Both the position numbers and the translations under genes were made by a program. Positions 60,370 through 64,000 of a stretch of DNA of 64,000 nucleotides are shown piece by piece. The notes under the pieces were generated by a model. The model was given only the letters and a program-made list of their open reading frames with translations, searched no databases and was not told the origin of the DNA. This DNA comes from Candidatus Zixiibacteriota bacterium (lineage in GTDB: Bacteria > Zixibacteria > MSB-5A5 > GN15 > JAAZOE01): the NCBI GenBank assembly GCA_043819555.1, contig JBDREQ010000003.1, positions 1 through 64,000 of the forward strand. Direction: 5' to 3'. The first letter of the stretch is position 1; every line of letters begins with the position of its first letter.

Positions 60370-61836
60370 ATGGCGATTAAGACTTATGACCAATACAAAG
60401 AATCATTGCAAAAGATGCGGCCCAATATATATAAATTTGGCGAACTTATCGAAGATGTTACGACTCACTCGGCGACAAGAAGAACAATTGAGGGGCATGC
60501 CAATTTGTTCAAGAAATCGCACGAGGATAAATTTAAAGAACTATTGACGACGACCTCGCATCTGACCGGCGAACCGATCAGCAGATATCTGTCGATTATT
60601 CAATCGGTCGATGATATGATCGCAAACTGCAAGATGAAGCGATTCGGATTTCAATATACCGGCACCTGCACCGGCGGGCGATGCGTCGGGTGGACAGCTC
60701 TCAATTCGCTGTTTGTTACCACTTATGATATGGATCAGAAATTTGGAACTGATTACCACCAGAGATTATTGAACTGGCTTAAGGACGCTCAGGCGCGGGA
60801 CATCACTATTGCCGGGGCATTAACCGATCCCAAGGGGGATCGAACCAAAACGCCGTCGCAACAGGATGATCCCGATATGAGCCTGCATATCGTCGAAAAG
60901 CGCAATGATGGAATAGTTGTACGGGGCGCCAAAGTGATGATTTGCGGAGTGGCGGCATCGAATGAAATATTTGTTCTGCCGGGAAGCGCATATGGCGAGG
61001 CCGACAGCGATTATTCGGTGGCGTTTGTTATTCCGAGAGATGCTGAAAATCTCACAATAGTCGAGGCGCGGCATCCCTCGGACGACCGCGACGGAAAAAA
61101 GAGTCCCGATAGCCCCAATGAATTCGGCGGCATCACTCAGGCTTATTTATTCTTTGAAGATGTTTTCGTTCCCAACGAGCGGGTGTTCATGCGCGGGGAG
61201 TATCAATTTACCAAAGATGTTATTTTCAATTTTATCGCTCCTTATCGCGCGGCCATTGGCGGATGCGTGGCCGGACAGGGGGACGTTAAAATCGGCGCGG
61301 CGATTTTGACGGCCCGAGCCAACGGTTTATCGGCCAAAGTATTTCGCGACAAACTAACGCAAATGTATGTCAATAATGAAACGACTTATGGGATGGGGAT
61401 TGCCGCGTCAGCTCTGGGCAAAAAACATCCGTCGGGAGCGTGGCAACCTGATTTATATCTGGCCAATATCAATAAGGTGCATGTGGCGACATTGCCGTAT
61501 GATACCAATCGGCTGGCTCAGGATATTTCGGGGGGGATATCCGAGACGGGGTGCATGCCTTCGTATGAGGATTTCCAAAGCGAAAAATATGGACATCTGG
61601 TTAAAAAATATATGAAAGCGGTGGCGTCGGGCGAATCGCGGGCGCGAGCGGCGCGGCTGGTCGAATGGGCGACGATCGGCGCTGGCGTTCCGGGATGTAT
61701 GCACGGTGGAGGTTCACCTGATGGCGCTAAGCTGATCGTGAGTATGCTGGCCGGTTTGGAAGAGAAAGTCGAAAACGCCCGCCGTTTGGCCGGTATCACT
61801 GAAGAGATTCCGGAGCCGGGGAAGAAAAAGGTGTAG
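60370..61836 (+). CDS. 4-hydroxybutyryl-CoA dehydratase / HpaB-family flavoprotein (variant)
   Basis: Y.ESL, CTGGRCVG, ALTDPKGDR, GIVVRGAK, FEDVFVP.ERVF, MHGGGSP. Confidence 0.85.
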   Translation: MAIKTYDQYKESLQKMRPNIYKFGELIEDVTTHSATRRTIEGHANLFKKSHEDKFKELLTTTSHLTGEPISRYLSIIQSVDDMIANCKMKRFGFQYTGTCTGGRCVGWTALNSLFVTTYDMDQKFGTDYHQRLLNWLKDAQARDITIAGALTDPKGDRTKTPSQQDDPDMSLHIVEKRNDGIVVRGAKVMICGVAASNEIFVLPGSAYGEADSDYSVAFVIPRDAENLTIVEARHPSDDRDGKKSPDSPNEFGGITQAYLFFEDVFVPNERVFMRGEYQFTKDVIFNFIAPYRAAIGGCVAGQGDVKIGAAILTARANGLSAKVFRDKLTQMYVNNETTYGMGIAASALGKKHPSGAWQPDLYLANINKVHVATLPYDTNRLAQDISGGISETGCMPSYEDFQSEKYGHLVKKYMKAVASGESRARAARLVEWATIGAGVPGCMHGGGSPDGAKLIVSMLAGLEEKVENARRLAGITEEIPEPGKKKV

Positions 61837-61904
61837 GTATTTTATCGAAGTCGCAGGGATTTCGACGCAGTGAAAATTATCAAGCTGTCGCTACGAAAAA
61901 TAAC

Positions 61905-61941
61905 ACACCCCGCCCTTCGGGCACCCCTCTCAAGAGCGGAA
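61905..61941. repeat. Short extragenic palindromic element
   Basis: CACCCCGCCC-ttc-GGGCACCCCTCT-caa-GAGCGGAA, two small hairpins. Confidence 0.4.
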
Positions 61942-62011
61942 TAAAGAACCTGCTTTAATTCTGCATATATATTTTCATTAAAAATAAAGCATCTTTATTA
62001 AAAAGCAGTAA

Positions 62012-62042
62012 TGTAGGTCGAAACCCTTGCGGTTTCGACAAT
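62012..62042 (+). repeat. REP, left flank of RAYT
   Basis: tGTAG-GTCGAAACC-cttgc-GGTTTCGAC-aat. Confidence 0.9.
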
Positions 62043-62082
62043 AATTTATTGAACTATTATTCTTGGTGACTTATTATATATT

Positions 62083-62586
62083 ATGACGAAAATTCGGAGA
62101 TATTTTGAATCTAATCAATCAATCTTTTTGACGCATGTGACACATCAACGAAAACCTTTATTAATTGAAAACGTGAATTTATTACACTCGGCCATAAAAG
62201 AGGTTAATTTGGATTATCCGATTACAATAATCGCGTGGGTAATAATCCCGGACCATTTTCATATGATTATTGAGTCAAATTCTTCGAATGTGTCGGAATA
62301 TTTTAAAAGATTAAAATTGATATTTTCCGCCAAATACAGGATTAAGAATAAATTGAAAAGCGGTCGCATCTGGCAATATCGTTTTTGGGATCACATAATT
62401 CGAAATCAGGATGATTTGAATTCGCATATAGATTATATTCACTATAATCCGGTTAAGCATTGTTTGATAGATGACCCATTCCAATATAATCATTCGTCAT
62501 TAATGAGTTATTATAAAGAAGGCATATATGAGAGTGATTGGGGAGTCAATGAAGAGAAGTTATTCGATAGAGATTTTGGAGAATAA
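62083..62586 (+). mobile_element. REP-associated tyrosine transposase (RAYT / TnpA-REP)
   Basis: HUH motif PDHFH, WQ.RFWDH.IR, catalytic YIHYNPVKH; flanked by inverted GTAG-REPs. Confidence 0.93.
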
Positions 62587-62590
62587 ATTT

Positions 62591-62662
62591 ATTGTCGAAA
62601 CCTCCTCCGCTCAGTCCCGTCGGGACTTTGAGTCGGACCTACGGCAAGGGTTTCGACCTACA
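62591..62662 (-). repeat. REP, right flank of RAYT, with a 41-bp nested insertion
   Basis: Exact inverted copy of 62012-62042 once 62603-62643 is removed. Confidence 0.9.
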
Positions 62663-62791
62663 AAGAGATAACATAAGTTGCTCCAAGCTTGCAAACATCT
62701 ATCTACCAACACAATTACAATTATTTAGGATTTGCTGTATTTGGGTTGACTGGAGTCAATCTCAATTACTGCCGAAGAGTATAAAAAGGGC

Positions 62792-62820
62792 TTGACCGCG
62801 ACGGTTTGGATTCGTATAAT
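62792..62820 (+). promoter_or_regulatory. Sigma70 promoter of the tRNA operon
   Basis: TTGACC-N17-TATAAT. Confidence 0.8.
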
Positions 62821-62840
62821 GCTTGTCTAACATAAATTTG

Positions 62841-62914
62841 GGGCCCATAGCTCAGTCGGTTAGAGCAGCTGACTCATAATCAGCGGGTCCCAGGTTCGAG
62901 TCCTGGTGGGCCCA
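62841..62914 (+). tRNA. tRNA with CAT anticodon, most likely tRNA-Ile2
   Basis: GGGCCCA/TGGGCCC acceptor stem; CTGA-CT-CAT-AA-TCAG anticodon arm; GTTCGA T-loop; CCA not encoded. Confidence 0.9.
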
Positions 62915-62942
62915 TATTGTTCTTTGAATTGTGAATTTAACC

Positions 62943-63016
62943 GGGCAATTAGCTCAGTTGGTTAGAGCGTTCGGTTCACATCCGAGAGGCCACTGGTTCG
63001 AATCCAGTATTGCCCA
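62943..63016 (+). tRNA. tRNA-Val(CAC)
   Basis: GGGCAAT/ATTGCCC acceptor stem; TCGG-TT-CAC-AT-CCGA anticodon arm; GGTTCGAATCC; CCA not encoded. Confidence 0.93.
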
Positions 63017-63128
63017 GTATTTGAAGATATTATTTTGGTGAGAAGACGAATTAAACATAATATCCGGCGAACACAGCGTTTTGACAAACGCGGAAAAATG
63101 TGCGCCGGAATGCGACAGAAAAAAATAC

Positions 63129-63164
63129 AAAAGTGCCCCCCGGGACAAGGCGGGCACTTTTTTT
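63129..63164 (+). terminator. Intrinsic terminator of the tRNA operon
   Basis: AAAAGTGCCC...GGGCACTTTTTTT. Confidence 0.75.
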
Positions 63165-63197
63165 ATTCTCTATTTCAGTATGTAGAAGGAGCATGAA

Positions 63198-63914
63198 ATG
63201 AATGGTGATCTGGAATTACTGTTGAAATTACAGAATATTGATTATGACTTGGGGGAGCTGGAGCGATCCAAAGAGTATATTCCGGACATGATGGAAAATC
63301 TTAGGAAGGAAATAACCGACCTCCGCGAAAAAATGGCGGCTCTGAAGGGGGAGCTTGAGGCGGCGTGGCTGGAGCAGAAAGATATCGAGATAACTCTAGG
63401 GGGAAAACAGGAACGATTGAAAACACTCCAGGGGCAAATGATGTCGATTAAGACAAATAAGGAATATGATGCGCTGGTCACTGAAATCGACAGGATTAAA
63501 ACGGATGTTTATACAATGGAAAATCGGGGAATTGAACTTTTAGAAATAATTGAAAAAAACGAGAAAGAGCTAGTTGGACTTGATGAACAGTTGAAAAATG
63601 TTGAAACGACGAATAAAGCCCAGTTGGGAAGTTTGCAGCAGCAAATCGATTCGGTAGGCTCAAAAGTCGAAGGGCGAGATAAAGAACGGCGGGAACTGAT
63701 AAAGAGCATAAATAAGCGTGCCATGTCAACTTATGAACGAATTCGCAAGGGTAAGGGGGGGGCGGCCGTCGTGGCGGTTAAAAAGCGCGCTTGCGGAGCT
63801 TGTTATAAGGCTTTGCCGCCTCAGAAAATTCAGGAAATCCGCAAGGGTGAGCAATTAATTACTTGCGACAGTTGCGGGCGGATGTTGATATGGACAGAAG
63901 ATAGTAACGGCTGA
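63198..63914 (+). CDS. Coiled-coil protein with C4-type zinc ribbon (DUF164-like)
   Basis: LL.LQ.ID, KEY.AL..EI, long coiled coil, CGAC...CDSCGR. Confidence 0.9.
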   Translation: MNGDLELLLKLQNIDYDLGELERSKEYIPDMMENLRKEITDLREKMAALKGELEAAWLEQKDIEITLGGKQERLKTLQGQMMSIKTNKEYDALVTEIDRIKTDVYTMENRGIELLEIIEKNEKELVGLDEQLKNVETTNKAQLGSLQQQIDSVGSKVEGRDKERRELIKSINKRAMSTYERIRKGKGGAAVVAVKKRACGACYKALPPQKIQEIRKGEQLITCDSCGRMLIWTEDSNG

Positions 63915-63928
63915 TATGGAAATCAATT

Positions 63929-64000
63929 ATGGCAGAGATTAGAGAACAAGAAGGTTTAACCTTTGATGATGTCCTGTTGCTTCCGGGATACAGCGAAGTA
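63929..64000 (+). CDS. guaB: IMP dehydrogenase (5' start only)
   Basis: MAEIREQEGLTFDDVLLLPGYSEV matches the IMPDH N-terminal LTFDDVLL.P motif. Confidence 0.85.
   Translation, partial: MAEIREQEGLTFDDVLLLPGYSEV

Noticed and set aside
62841..62914. Initiator tRNA-fMet
   Set aside because: Base 1 pairs with base 72, and the anticodon stem lacks the three consecutive G-C pairs
62592..63157. ORFs 62592-62795 and 62954-63157
   Set aside because: They overlap the REP and the antisense strand of tRNA-Val

Overview
A 64 kb chromosomal window from a diderm bacterium. A C-terminal dockerin-like repeat and FlgD/T9SS-like tails on secreted proteins suggest candidate phylum Zixibacteria or a related FCB lineage (inference). 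It is mostly housekeeping: a Cys/Met PLP enzyme, copA, birA, nadC, a divergent ilvC, nth, a long manC-tsaC-ftcD operon, a complete 14-subunit nuoA-N operon, purF, adaA/ogt, comM, tRNA-Ile2, tRNA-Val and the start of guaB. The best candidate for new biology is a glutaredoxin-like gene inserted between nuoM and nuoN. Its apparent TGA stop is followed by GGG-TTT-TAA and a SECIS-like hairpin, so it is probably a C-terminal U-x-x-stop selenoprotein encoded inside the complex I operon. Other notable items are a RAYT transposase with GTAG-REPs (one REP carrying a second GTAG hairpin in its loop, plus a hetero-doublet about 49 kb away), a twice-occurring 87-bp non-coding element ending in a DnaA box, an uncharacterised B12-radical SAM/membrane-protein trio, sigma54 and ECF promoters on uncharacterised genes, a lone ECF S component beside a TonB-type barrel, and several enzymes with altered catalytic motifs. 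All calls come from reading the sequence and recalled family motifs; no searches were run.
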